From contig DMMZ01000043.1 of the NCBI GenBank assembly GCA_003452915.1, positions 4,933 to 68,932 of the forward strand: 64,000 nucleotides of DNA, read 5' to 3'. The DNA is from Clostridiales bacterium (GTDB taxonomy: Bacteria > Bacillota > Clostridia > Oscillospirales > CAG-382). The position numbers and the translations under genes are program-made. Below the pieces are notes generated by a model. The model worked only from the letters and a program-made list of their open reading frames with translations. It had not been told where the DNA came from and did no database searches. Each line of letters starts with the position of its first letter. The first letter of the stretch is position 1. This document shows positions 18,369 through 28,121 of the stretch, piece after piece.

Positions 18369-19100
18369 ATGATTAGAGATTATAAAAAAGAAACCGAAAA
18401 CAGAATAGCCTTTATAAAAAGCGTATTATCCGAAAGTAAAGCTGCCGGAATTATTTACGGAAACAGCGGTGGTAAGGACAGCGCGCTTGTAGGTATTCTT
18501 TGTAAAAAAGCTTGTGAAAACACGGTCGGTCTTATGATGCCCTGTCAGTCAAAACGCAATTTCGGTGAGGATCTGGAGGATGCTTGTGATGTAGCCAACA
18601 AATTTGGTGTTGAATACCGCACTGTTGATCTAAGTGAATTAAAGGCTCTTGCGATGAAAATATACGAAGAGCATACAACACTTACGGATACTGCTATAGC
18701 AAATATTGCTCCCAGATTGAGAATGTTAACTCTTTACACTATAGGAGCATCCGAAAACCGTCTAGTTGCCGGAACAGGCAATCGTAGCGAGGGTTATATG
18801 GGATATTTTACCAAGTGGGGCGATGGAGCATATGATTTTAATCCGATAGCAGACCTTACGGTTACAGAGATTTATGAATTTTTAAATTACCTCGGAGCGC
18901 CCGAAAATATTATACAAAAAGCTCCCTCAGCAGGATTATTTGAAGGTCAGACCGATGAAAAAGAAATGGGCATAACATATGCTGAAATCGATAATTATCT
19001 CTTAAACGGTGTTGTTAGCCAGGAAAACATAAAAATTATAGAAAAATTTCATAATATCAGTGAGCACAAACGCTGTTCTCCAAAAGCATATAACGAATAA
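18369..19100 (+). CDS. nadE: NAD+ synthetase (ammonia-dependent type)
   Basis: 243 aa with an N-type ATP-PPase P-loop (SGGKDSALV) and a GYFTKWGDGAYDFNPI motif. Confidence 0.85.
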   Translation: MIRDYKKETENRIAFIKSVLSESKAAGIIYGNSGGKDSALVGILCKKACENTVGLMMPCQSKRNFGEDLEDACDVANKFGVEYRTVDLSELKALAMKIYEEHTTLTDTAIANIAPRLRMLTLYTIGASENRLVAGTGNRSEGYMGYFTKWGDGAYDFNPIADLTVTEIYEFLNYLGAPENIIQKAPSAGLFEGQTDEKEMGITYAEIDNYLLNGVVSQENIKIIEKFHNISEHKRCSPKAYNE

Positions 19101-19295
19101 TATACGAATAAAAAGCATAGTTGATGTATAATTATAAAATGTTAAAGTTAAGAAAAATAATATACATTTATTACTAAAAATAAAAATTTAGCCTTATATC
19201 GCTTTATTTGCAATGAATTTGATTTTTGTATTTGAACAAAATGCAAAAATATTCTACAAAAAAATTGCTGATTTTATACATATAGCATAATATAC

Positions 19296-19324
19296 TTGAC
19301 AAAAATTTTGTATTATGATAGAAT
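19296..19324 (+). promoter_or_regulatory. Sigma-A-like promoter
   Basis: TTGACA (19296-19301), a 17-nt spacer, then TAGAAT (19319-19324). It lies about 60 nt upstream of the 19384 start. Confidence 0.45.
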
Positions 19325-19383
19325 ACACAGTAAATTGAACGATTTTTAAGCATCTTTTAAGTTAAAGCGTTACGGGGAATAAT

Positions 19384-20652
19384 ATGAAATCGATTAAATA
19401 TATAATACTTATAATAATATCGACGGTATTAATGTTAACTATATCTTCTTGCAAAGTAGGATCTGATTCTTTTCAAGAACCGTGGGAGATTAATAGTAAC
19501 TTTGTCTATAGTGTTGTTTATGAGGGAATGGGTGGAACTATAAACACTTTAAGCTCCAGAACGGTTTGGTATGCAGGCGATTCATTATTAAAAGAACCCG
19601 GAGGTGCCTACGGAATGCTTGTAAAGCCGGTTAAGGGCAATCTGGTTGTATTGGGTTGGTATACTTCATATGAAAATGTCGGCACTGACCAAGAACCTGT
19701 CTATGAATATAAAGAAGAAGACAGATGGGATTTTAATAACGACAGAATAAATGAAAGCAATACTGACGAAAACAAACAACTTACGCTTTATGCACGTTGG
19801 ATTGATTCGCCATCTATTTACTTTTTAGATGCTGATAATACAGAGAATGTATTGTTGAAATGGCAAAATGTTGATGTTACACAAACTTTATCCAGGCCAT
19901 CTACAACAGAAAAAGTTACAATCCAAAAAGATAATAAGACTTTTACACTGCTCGATTATTTTTACGACAAGGAATTGACGCAGAAGGTTATTTGGGGCGA
20001 CGGAAGCCGTAGTGTAGAAGAAATAATTGCTTCACAGGATGGTGATTCGGGTGTATATATCTACTGTAAATACATAGAAGGTGAATATACTAGAATAAAA
20101 AGTATTACAGATATAAAGAATATCGATAATTTTAACGGAAATTGTATTCTTGCGAATGATATAGATGCGGAAAATGCAAACTGGACTCCTCTCAGAAACA
20201 AAAATGACGATCCATTTACCGGAATTTTCATTGGAAACGGCTATACAATATCCAATATTAATATAACTGCAACCAACAAAGTTAGCGGTGTTGCTTCTGC
20301 AGGTGCAAAAGAAAAATCTTATGGCTTATTTGGTTTACTTTCAGGAGCAACTTTTAAAGGCTTTAATTTTAAAAATGTTACAATAAACATAGGAAATACA
20401 AGCAATGTAGATTTATGCACAGGTGTTTTCGGCGGTAGAGCAACAGGAACTACCTTCGAGAATTGCAGCATACAAGGTTTTACAGTTATTTCTGACGGAC
20501 AGGTTAAGGTTAAAGTTTATTTAGGCAAAGCAGCGTATTTAGATGAAACCTGTACGGTCACAGACAGTAATTTTGATGAACCTGTTACTGAGGGACTTGA
20601 AATTAACAGCGAAAATTTAATAACTGGTGATCAAACGCCTGTTATAGATTAA
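19384..20652 (+). CDS. Putative lipoprotein with repeat/GLUG-like C-terminal region
   Basis: 422 aa. The signal peptide ends in the lipobox LTISSC. A GWY-containing repeat segment and an FTGIFIGNGYTISNINI...YGLFGLLSG segment resemble Listeria-Bacteroides-repeat and GLUG motifs. These domain calls are tentative. Confidence 0.5.
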   Translation: MKSIKYIILIIISTVLMLTISSCKVGSDSFQEPWEINSNFVYSVVYEGMGGTINTLSSRTVWYAGDSLLKEPGGAYGMLVKPVKGNLVVLGWYTSYENVGTDQEPVYEYKEEDRWDFNNDRINESNTDENKQLTLYARWIDSPSIYFLDADNTENVLLKWQNVDVTQTLSRPSTTEKVTIQKDNKTFTLLDYFYDKELTQKVIWGDGSRSVEEIIASQDGDSGVYIYCKYIEGEYTRIKSITDIKNIDNFNGNCILANDIDAENANWTPLRNKNDDPFTGIFIGNGYTISNINITATNKVSGVASAGAKEKSYGLFGLLSGATFKGFNFKNVTINIGNTSNVDLCTGVFGGRATGTTFENCSIQGFTVISDGQVKVKVYLGKAAYLDETCTVTDSNFDEPVTEGLEINSENLITGDQTPVID

Positions 20653-20679
20653 AAACGAAAATTATTTTAGGAGGGTATT

Positions 20680-23109
20680 TTGGTGAAATTTACAAAGAAA
20701 CTATTAGTGCTTTTACTTTGCTTTGCATTTGTATTTAGCGCTACCGCTTGTGGCGATAAACCAGGTGAAGAATCTACTACCAGTGAAACATCAACAGACG
20801 TCGTTGCGGCTAAACCTGATTTTCCTGCAGACAGAAGAGATGCTTCGACTCGTACAGGCAATAACGCAACAAAACCGCTCGTTATCAGCTCAGGAACTAT
20901 GGACGGTAAATTTAATCCGTTCTATGCAACCAGCCAGTATGACGTTGATGTTGTTGACATGACACAAATTTTCTTAATCGTTCAATCCGAGAAAGCAGAG
21001 CCTGTAGCAGGCATTAACGAAAACACATATGCTTTAAGCTACACAATGACCGTTAATGATGATGAGACTGAAAGTACATATAAGTTTATTCTCAAAAACG
21101 GCATAACCTTCAGTGATGGTACACCTGTTACCGGCAAGGATTTATTATTTAATCTTTATGAATTGCTTGATCCAGCATATACAGGTTCCAGCACACTTTA
21201 TTCAATGGATATTAAGGGACTTAAGTCCTATAGAACTCAGGTTCTCGAAGAAAGTGCTGCTGAAGAAAAAGAAGAAGAATTTGCAACAGCTGCTCTTGCC
21301 AGAGTAGAAGCTTTAGTTGCCGGTGAAGGCACAGATGAAGATAAAGAAGCTGCTTGGGCAAAAGTTAAAGAATATATTACAGAGGACTCGGGTGTTCTTG
21401 GTGGTTATCTTGCTCAAGGATATACACTTGCCGATTTTGGTATAGGTACAGCTTGGCCTGAGGATTTCCAGGCAACAGCGGTTGTCCTTGGTTATATGGG
21501 TAATATCACCTGCGAAGATGGTACAATAACAGCAGTTGATACAAATGTAGATCTCGCAAAGCTTGCAACATATACAGAAGAAGAAGCTATTGACCTTGCA
21601 TACAATTATACAAAAGCAAATATGACAATTGAAGAATATGACCTTGGATTTGGATGGACTGTTGTAACAAATGGTAGCGCTGAAGGCGCATCTGACGCTT
21701 CTGACATGTTCACAGTATTCAAAGCTGACGAAACAGCTGCATACCTTGAAGAAAACAAGGGTACTGTAAAATCCATTTCAGGTATCACACTTGATACAGT
21801 AACCGAAGATGGCGTAGAGCGTGAAAGACTTACTGTCGTTATTAATGGCGTAGATCCTAAAGCTATATGGAACTTCGGTTTCCAGGTTGCTCCATTGAAA
21901 CATTATTCAACAGAGGATCTTGCATCAAAAGCTAATGGTGTTGATGCTTTCGGTGTCGATTTTGCAAGCAAAGAATTCCAGGAGCAGCTTAAACAAAAAG
22001 TAGTTCCTATAGGAGCAGGTCCTTATATTGCTGCTGATAACGAAGGTGTTGCAACCACAGATTTCGACGAATTCTTTAATGATGGTGTCGTAAATTATGT
22101 AGCAAACGATAACTTTATGCTTGCAGCACCGAAAATTAAGTATGTTCGTTATTTTACAGTACCTCTTGGAAGTGAGCTTACGTCACTTCAAAATGATGAA
22201 GTACATTATTCTGATCCCAATGCAACCACAGACAATATAAACGAAATCGCAAATACAGAATTAAAAAATATACTTGTTGATAACCTTGGATATGGTTATA
22301 TCGGAATGAACTCTCAGCTTATTCCTGACCTTAATGCAAGAAAAGCTCTTGCTTCTGCACTTGACGTTGAACTTGCACTTGAATATTATACCGGCGGTCT
22401 TGCAACAAACATCTACCGCAGCATGTCCAGAGTAAGTTGGGCATATCCGGAAGATGCAACTTCTATGTACCCATTCGATGAGACTGGTGAAGCATCCAAG
22501 GAATTCTTCCTTGCATCTGAAAGTTTTAAAGAAGTTGATGGCAAGATTGTAAATGCTGATGGTTCTGAAGTTAAGTACTCTTTTGTACTTCCTTCTGACG
22601 CTAACGACCATCCAGCAGGTCAGATATTCCTTAAAGCTAAAGAAGTTCTTGCAAAAATCGGTGTAAATATTACTATCGAAGTAGATACAGGACTACTTAA
22701 CAAGCTTCAAAACAATGTTGTTGCTGTTTGGGCAGCTGCATGGCAGGCAACAATAGATCCGGACGTTTTCCAGACCTATTATTCCGGTCCTGAAAACACC
22801 TCCGAGTCGCCTATTAGCTACGGCTTGTACTGGCTCTATCAGAACGGAACTGATGAAGAAAAAGCACTTCTTGTAGAAGTAAATGAGCTTATTATGCAAG
22901 CTCGTAAATCCTTGAACGTTGAGGAAAGAAAGCCTGTTTACTCTGATTGCTTGGATAAAGTTTTGGAACTTTGTGTTGAAATTCCGACATATCAGAGAAA
23001 GAACATGTATGTTTATAACAGCGATGTTATAGACGGTGATTCTTTGTGGCAGGATGTTACCCCGTACAAGGGACCGATCGAAGAAATTTGGAATGTCAGC
23101 CTTAAGTAA
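20680..23109 (+). CDS. ABC transporter substrate-binding lipoprotein, peptide/nickel family 5, unusually large
   Basis: 809 aa with a GTG start behind GGAGGG and the lipobox FSATAC. It has family-5 SBP core sequence at both ends, including a C-terminal WAAAWQATIDPD-type motif, and an acidic insertion of about 230 aa. Confidence 0.8.
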   Translation: MVKFTKKLLVLLLCFAFVFSATACGDKPGEESTTSETSTDVVAAKPDFPADRRDASTRTGNNATKPLVISSGTMDGKFNPFYATSQYDVDVVDMTQIFLIVQSEKAEPVAGINENTYALSYTMTVNDDETESTYKFILKNGITFSDGTPVTGKDLLFNLYELLDPAYTGSSTLYSMDIKGLKSYRTQVLEESAAEEKEEEFATAALARVEALVAGEGTDEDKEAAWAKVKEYITEDSGVLGGYLAQGYTLADFGIGTAWPEDFQATAVVLGYMGNITCEDGTITAVDTNVDLAKLATYTEEEAIDLAYNYTKANMTIEEYDLGFGWTVVTNGSAEGASDASDMFTVFKADETAAYLEENKGTVKSISGITLDTVTEDGVERERLTVVINGVDPKAIWNFGFQVAPLKHYSTEDLASKANGVDAFGVDFASKEFQEQLKQKVVPIGAGPYIAADNEGVATTDFDEFFNDGVVNYVANDNFMLAAPKIKYVRYFTVPLGSELTSLQNDEVHYSDPNATTDNINEIANTELKNILVDNLGYGYIGMNSQLIPDLNARKALASALDVELALEYYTGGLATNIYRSMSRVSWAYPEDATSMYPFDETGEASKEFFLASESFKEVDGKIVNADGSEVKYSFVLPSDANDHPAGQIFLKAKEVLAKIGVNITIEVDTGLLNKLQNNVVAVWAAAWQATIDPDVFQTYYSGPENTSESPISYGLYWLYQNGTDEEKALLVEVNELIMQARKSLNVEERKPVYSDCLDKVLELCVEIPTYQRKNMYVYNSDVIDGDSLWQDVTPYKGPIEEIWNVSLK

Positions 23110-23140
23110 TTTGATTTAGATATCAAATTTATTGATCAAA

Positions 23141-23178
23141 GGGGCTTAATAGTCCGCTATTAAGCCCCTTGCATTTTT
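23141..23178 (+). terminator. Intrinsic terminator/attenuator after the SBP gene
   Basis: GGGGCTTAATAG, loop TCCG, then CTATTAAGCCCC: a perfect 12-bp stem. It is followed by TTGCATTTTT. Confidence 0.65.
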
Positions 23179-23315
23179 ATAAAAGTAAGCAATGAAGCGT
23201 AAGCACATTTTTAGTGTATACGGTTCATTGGCTATTTTTGCAGATTTTAGTCGCAAATGATTCAACAATCAGCCATAAAATTTAAAATAAAACATTGGGT
23301 CAGGGGGAATTATCT

Positions 23316-24305
23316 TTGTTAAAATATCTTGTAAAAAGATTATTATTGGCCTTGTTGATATTATTCGGTACCTCCATAATTATATATTTTCTTGTTCGTA
23401 ACATGCCCGGTGACTATATTGATTTACAAACAGCATCACAGGTATCCCGTGGACTTTTAACACAAGAACAAGTTGACCAGATGAAGGCATTATACGGAAT
23501 CGGCGATAATTCATTTTGGGGAATAATCGGAAACTACTTTACATGGCTGGGTAACTTATTAAAGGGTGATCTTGGTATATCGTTTGTTTACGGCAGACCG
23601 GTAGCTGAAGTTATCAACCGTTATATGTGGATTTCCTTTGGAATTTCTTTCGTTGCATTGATTTTTGAAATAATTATCGCTATTCCCCTAGGTATTTATG
23701 CCGCCACAAAGCAGTATGGCGTTGCAGATTATACTGTCACGGTTCTGGCTATGATGGGTATTTCTTTACCCACTTTCTTTCTAGGTGCATTGCTTTTACG
23801 AATGTTTTCGATAAAGTTAGGGTGGTTTCCACTTTCCGGTTTACACGATGCTACCCAGATGCTGACAGGCTTGCCGTATTTTTTAGATACCTTACATCAC
23901 TTGATTTTACCAATGGTAACCCTTGTAATTCTTTCTATCGGCGGACTTATGCGTTATACGAGAACAAATATGCTTGAGGTTTTAAATTCCGATTATATTC
24001 GTACTGCACGCGCTAAGGGGCTATCCGAGAAGACGGTAATTTACAAGCATGCTTTTAGAAACACCTTAATTCCGATAGTTACGATGTTAGGTGGAATAAT
24101 TCCCGGATTATTTGGAGGAGCTATGATAACCGAAAGTGTATTTGCACTCGAGGGTATCGGATACACTGCATATAAAGCAGTTTTACAAGCAGACGTTCCT
24201 TTCGTTATGGGTTATAATATGTTTTTAGCGGTACTTACTGTACTTGGAATATTAGTTTCCGATTTATTATACGCGGTTGTTGACCCTCGCGTCAAATTAA
24301 AATAG
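23316..24305 (+). CDS. ABC transporter permease (OppB/DppB-like)
   Basis: Typical N-terminus (L)LKYLVKRLLLALLILFG and an EAA-like loop (YIRTARAKGLSEKTVIYKHAFRN). The start is uncertain: TTG at 23316 behind GGGGGA, or TTG at 23295. Confidence 0.85.
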   Translation: MLKYLVKRLLLALLILFGTSIIIYFLVRNMPGDYIDLQTASQVSRGLLTQEQVDQMKALYGIGDNSFWGIIGNYFTWLGNLLKGDLGISFVYGRPVAEVINRYMWISFGISFVALIFEIIIAIPLGIYAATKQYGVADYTVTVLAMMGISLPTFFLGALLLRMFSIKLGWFPLSGLHDATQMLTGLPYFLDTLHHLILPMVTLVILSIGGLMRYTRTNMLEVLNSDYIRTARAKGLSEKTVIYKHAFRNTLIPIVTMLGGIIPGLFGGAMITESVFALEGIGYTAYKAVLQADVPFVMGYNMFLAVLTVLGILVSDLLYAVVDPRVKLK

Positions 24306-24317
24306 GAGGGGAACATA

Positions 24318-25358
24318 ATGGATAACAACAACATAACTAATAACAACGAAAATATCGAGGAAAAAAGCTTATATGACAGTGTAAAAGTATTGTCACCCAC
24401 AAGACTTGTTCTCCGACGATTTTTTAGAAGCCGTCTTTCGATTATAGGACTAGGAATGCTTCTATTCCTTTTCATTTTTAGTTTCATTGGACCGTTATTT
24501 ATAAGTTACAACGACACCGAAACTTTTGCAATTGAACGTCAGGTTCAGATGATTTCAAAAGAGAGCTTCAAGGGAAGCGATGGTGTTACTTACGAGTTTT
24601 TTGATGTATCCAAAAGTATTACAACCGATAAAGCACCACCGTCCAGCGATCATTGGCTGGGAACAGATAATAACCGTATGGATGTTTTCACCCGTCTTAT
24701 GTACGGCGGCAGAGTTTCTTTAATGATTAGCTTTTTGGTTATTTTCTTTGAGACATTTCTAGGAGTATTCTTCGGTGGAATAGCTGGATATTTTGGTAAA
24801 TGGATAGATACTCTGATAATGAGAGTTGTAGATATTTTTTATTGTCTGCCTACAATGCCCATATTACTTATATCCGCACAAATAATTAAATCAATTGAGT
24901 CTATACAGCCAAATCATCGTATAATCTGGTTAATGGGTATTTTAACCCTTTTCGGTTGGGCAAGTACAGCCCGATTGGTAAGAGGTCAGATACTATCTCT
25001 GCGTGAGCAGGAGTTTATGACTGCTGCAGAGGCAACAGGTATCAAAGCAAGCGCAAAAATTGTCAAGCACCTTCTTCCAAACGTAATGCCACAGCTTATA
25101 GTTACTATGACACTCGGCTTAGGTGGAGTAATATTATACGAATCTACATTGTCTTATCTCGGACTTGGAGTTCAGTTCCCGTTTGCAGCATGGGGTACGA
25201 TGATTTCTGCTGCTGATCCCTCAAAGGGAAGCGAGATACTTTCGTATTATCCTAACCTGTGGATTGCACCGGGTGTTCTTATAGTTGCTGCTGTATTAGG
25301 CTTTAACTTTGTTGGTGACGGCTTGCGTGATGCTTTTGACCCGAAAATGAAACGTTAA
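24318..25358 (+). CDS. ABC transporter permease (OppC/DppC-like)
   Basis: 346 aa. Has the [21 protein letters not shown] motif and an EAA-like loop ([24 protein letters not shown]). Confidence 0.85.
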   Translation: MDNNNITNNNENIEEKSLYDSVKVLSPTRLVLRRFFRSRLSIIGLGMLLFLFIFSFIGPLFISYNDTETFAIERQVQMISKESFKGSDGVTYEFFDVSKSITTDKAPPSSDHWLGTDNNRMDVFTRLMYGGRVSLMISFLVIFFETFLGVFFGGIAGYFGKWIDTLIMRVVDIFYCLPTMPILLISAQIIKSIESIQPNHRIIWLMGILTLFGWASTARLVRGQILSLREQEFMTAAEATGIKASAKIVKHLLPNVMPQLIVTMTLGLGGVILYESTLSYLGLGVQFPFAAWGTMISAADPSKGSEILSYYPNLWIAPGVLIVAAVLGFNFVGDGLRDAFDPKMKR

Positions 25359-25532
25359 ACTTGGGAGAAGATTGAAAGATAAAACTTTCAATCTATGGTT
25401 TTGTGCCTTTGACTTTAACGGAAAGTCTCTTTCGGCTATTCGCCGATTCAGCACAATCGTCAAACGCAGCCTTTAGGTACGTTTGTTACTTTCTGCGGTA
25501 AACCGCAGAGGAAAGGAATTGTTATAGCTTAT

Positions 25533-26678
25533 ATGAACAACACAGAAAAAAAGAAAAATTCACATATATTAACCCGTAAAGAGGAGCACGAAATAACAAA
25601 AGAAAACAGAAAGATGATGAAGCTTTTTGAAGACAGAAAAAAGCGCAGAAATGTTTCTGAGAACGAATACCTTACACAAATGCGGGATCCGAGCAATGTT
25701 GTGGAATTCGATAACCTACACACATATTTCTACACCGATGCAGGTACTGTAAAAGCAGTTGACGGTGTTTCCTTCGATATTCCGCAAGGCAGCACCGTTG
25801 GAGTTGTCGGAGAATCCGGTTGTGGTAAAAGTGTCACATCATTATCTCTAATGCAGCTTGTTCAGGCTCCGCAAGGACAGATAACCGAAGGAGCTATAAG
25901 ATATAACGCCGGTGATAAATGCTACGATGTAGCAAAAATGCCGACAGACGCAATGAGGAAAATCAGGGGCAAGGATATCACAATGATATTCCAGGAGCCT
26001 ATGACCAGTCTTAACCCTGTTTTTACAATAGGCAATCAACTTGACGAGGTAATCCATTTACATCTTGATGGTTATAACAACAAGATGGCAAAAGATAAGT
26101 CAATAGATATGTTAAAGCTTGTTGGTATAGCAAGACCAGAGGCGATTTATGACTGTTTTCCTCATGAACTTTCAGGAGGTATGCGTCAAAGAGTTATGAT
26201 CGCAATGGCGCTTGCCTGCAATCCTAAGCTTATTATTGCCGACGAGCCAACTACAGCTCTTGACGTTACCATACAAGCACAGATACTCGATCTTTTAAGA
26301 GATATTAAGACAAAGATAAACAGCAGTATTATGCTTATTACACATGACCTCGGTGTTGTTGCGGAAATGGCGGACTTTGTTGTGGTTATGTACGCAGGCA
26401 GAATTATTGAAAAAGGAACCGCTACAGAAATATTCCATGATCCGAAACATCCGTATACAATCGGTCTTATGAGAAGCAAGCCGGTCGTAAACAAGATAGT
26501 TGAACGCTTATACAGCATACCCGGGCAGGTACCCAATCCTATAAATATGCCGAATTACTGCTATTTCAGGGACAGATGTGAGAAGCGTTTTGGCAAATGC
26601 TCGGGAGAATATCCCGCACTCCATAAATACAGCGAAACGCATTATGCCGCCTGTTATCTTGGAGATATCGAAAAATAA
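25533..26678 (+). CDS. ABC transporter ATP-binding protein (OppD-like) with a Lys/Glu-rich N-terminal extension
   Basis: Has Walker A (GESGCGKS), the signature LSGGMRQR, Walker B (IIADEPTTALD) and a C-terminal oligopeptide-type Cys motif. The start is uncertain; about 50 extra N-terminal residues precede the usual start region. Confidence 0.8.
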   Translation: MNNTEKKKNSHILTRKEEHEITKENRKMMKLFEDRKKRRNVSENEYLTQMRDPSNVVEFDNLHTYFYTDAGTVKAVDGVSFDIPQGSTVGVVGESGCGKSVTSLSLMQLVQAPQGQITEGAIRYNAGDKCYDVAKMPTDAMRKIRGKDITMIFQEPMTSLNPVFTIGNQLDEVIHLHLDGYNNKMAKDKSIDMLKLVGIARPEAIYDCFPHELSGGMRQRVMIAMALACNPKLIIADEPTTALDVTIQAQILDLLRDIKTKINSSIMLITHDLGVVAEMADFVVVMYAGRIIEKGTATEIFHDPKHPYTIGLMRSKPVVNKIVERLYSIPGQVPNPINMPNYCYFRDRCEKRFGKCSGEYPALHKYSETHYAACYLGDIEK

Positions 26679-26719
26679 GTTTTTTGTACTTCCTTTTAGA
26701 AAGGGATGATAAGATTTTT

Positions 26720-27697
26720 ATGGAAACAAAATATAGTATACAGGTAAAAAATCTAAAAAAATATTTCCCTGTTGGAAAAAGCTTATTAGGCAAAATAACC
26801 CAGTTTGTAAAAGCTGTAGACGGTGTTTCCTTCGAAATTGAAAAAGGCACAACACTCGGTCTGGTTGGTGAATCCGGCTGCGGAAAAACAACGATTGGAA
26901 GAAGTATTCTGCGATTGCACGATATAACCTCGGGCAGCGTTGTGTTCAACGGTCAGGAATTGACTACTCTTAAACACGAACAGCTCAGAAAACTGCGTCC
27001 CAAGATGCAGATTATCTTTCAGGATCCATATTCGAGCTTAAGTCCACGTTTACCTGTAGGTGAAATAATTGGTGAAGCTGTAAGAACTCACAACATTGTT
27101 CCAAAAAGTAAATATAAAGAATATATTTTGGGAGTTATGAAGAACTGCGGTCTTCAAACCCAGTATTTTGACAGATATCCACACGAATTCTCAGGTGGTC
27201 AGCGTCAGCGTATTTGTATTGCCCGTGCTCTTGCCTTAAACCCTGAGTTTATTGTTTGTGACGAGCCTGTATCAGCGCTTGACGTTTCTATACAAGCACA
27301 GATTATTAATTTGCTTAAGGACTTACAGGAAAAATACAAATTCTCTTATCTTTTCATATCTCACGACCTTTCGGTTGTCGAACATATCTCACATCGGGTA
27401 GGAGTAATGTATCTTGGCAATATAATAGAAATGGGTTCAAAGGAGGATATTTTTAGAAATCCTTTGCATCCGTATACAAAAGCGTTGCTCAGTGCAGTTC
27501 CAATGCCTGATCCTTCGGTAAAGATGAACAGAACAATCCTACAAGGTGATATCCCGTCACCTGCAAATCCACCATCGGGCTGCAAGTTTAATACCAGATG
27601 CCCAAGCTGTATGGATATATGCAAAAAGGTAGCTCCAGTTTATAAGGAATACGAAACCGGACACAGCGTTGCCTGTCACCTTTATCCACAGGAATAA
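26720..27697 (+). CDS. ABC transporter ATP-binding protein (OppF-like)
   Basis: Has Walker A (GESGCGKTT), the signature FSGGQRQR and Walker B (IVCDEPVSALD). I chose the ATG at 26720 (METKYSIQVKNLKKYF). Confidence 0.85.
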   Translation: METKYSIQVKNLKKYFPVGKSLLGKITQFVKAVDGVSFEIEKGTTLGLVGESGCGKTTIGRSILRLHDITSGSVVFNGQELTTLKHEQLRKLRPKMQIIFQDPYSSLSPRLPVGEIIGEAVRTHNIVPKSKYKEYILGVMKNCGLQTQYFDRYPHEFSGGQRQRICIARALALNPEFIVCDEPVSALDVSIQAQIINLLKDLQEKYKFSYLFISHDLSVVEHISHRVGVMYLGNIIEMGSKEDIFRNPLHPYTKALLSAVPMPDPSVKMNRTILQGDIPSPANPPSGCKFNTRCPSCMDICKKVAPVYKEYETGHSVACHLYPQE

Positions 27698-27776
27698 TTA
27701 AAACATTTATTTTTTGAATAATATACAACAAGTCGGAGATATATAATATCAAGAATTTATTTTTTAAGGAAATAGA

Positions 27777-28055
27777 ATGAACGACGATAACAATAACGAT
27801 AATAAAGAAGAAAAAGCGAAAAGCAAACTCATAGACGATGGCAGAACAATAGCAAATATGGATGTCCCGGGTTTTCGCTGGCATACACCTGAAAAGCAAA
27901 AACGCAAGCGTAAGGAACTCGTTGAATTAGGCATCAGCAAGCAAGAACGACGCGCAATGATTAAGGGTGCGTTACTTGCAATTTTTCCTGTTGTTTTCGC
28001 CTTTATAACATTGTTTTTTGTAGCATTCCTGATAATACATTTTTGGTTAACTTAA
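27777..28055 (+). CDS. Small hypothetical membrane protein
   Basis: 92 aa with a charged N-terminus and a single C-terminal TM segment (LLAIFPVVFAFITLFFVAFLIIHFW). I recognise no family. Confidence 0.4.
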   Translation: MNDDNNNDNKEEKAKSKLIDDGRTIANMDVPGFRWHTPEKQKRKRKELVELGISKQERRAMIKGALLAIFPVVFAFITLFFVAFLIIHFWLT

Positions 28056-28072
28056 AATATAATAATAAAAAT

Positions 28073-28093
28073 ACGGTGTGGCATCCACACCGT
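28073..28093 (+). terminator. Hairpin after the 27777-28055 gene (weak terminator)
   Basis: ACGGTGTGG, loop CAT, then CCACACCGT: a 9-bp stem. The downstream tail is A-rich rather than T-rich on the plus strand. Confidence 0.35.
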
Positions 28094-28121
28094 AAAAATT
28101 TATTATGGAGTAAAGAAAGAT

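Noticed and set aside
25369-25394. TGAAAG...CTTTCA palindromes as CcpA cre sites.
   Set aside because: The half-sites are separated by 6-7 nt rather than the 2 nt central CG of the cre consensus TGAAAGCGCTTTCA.
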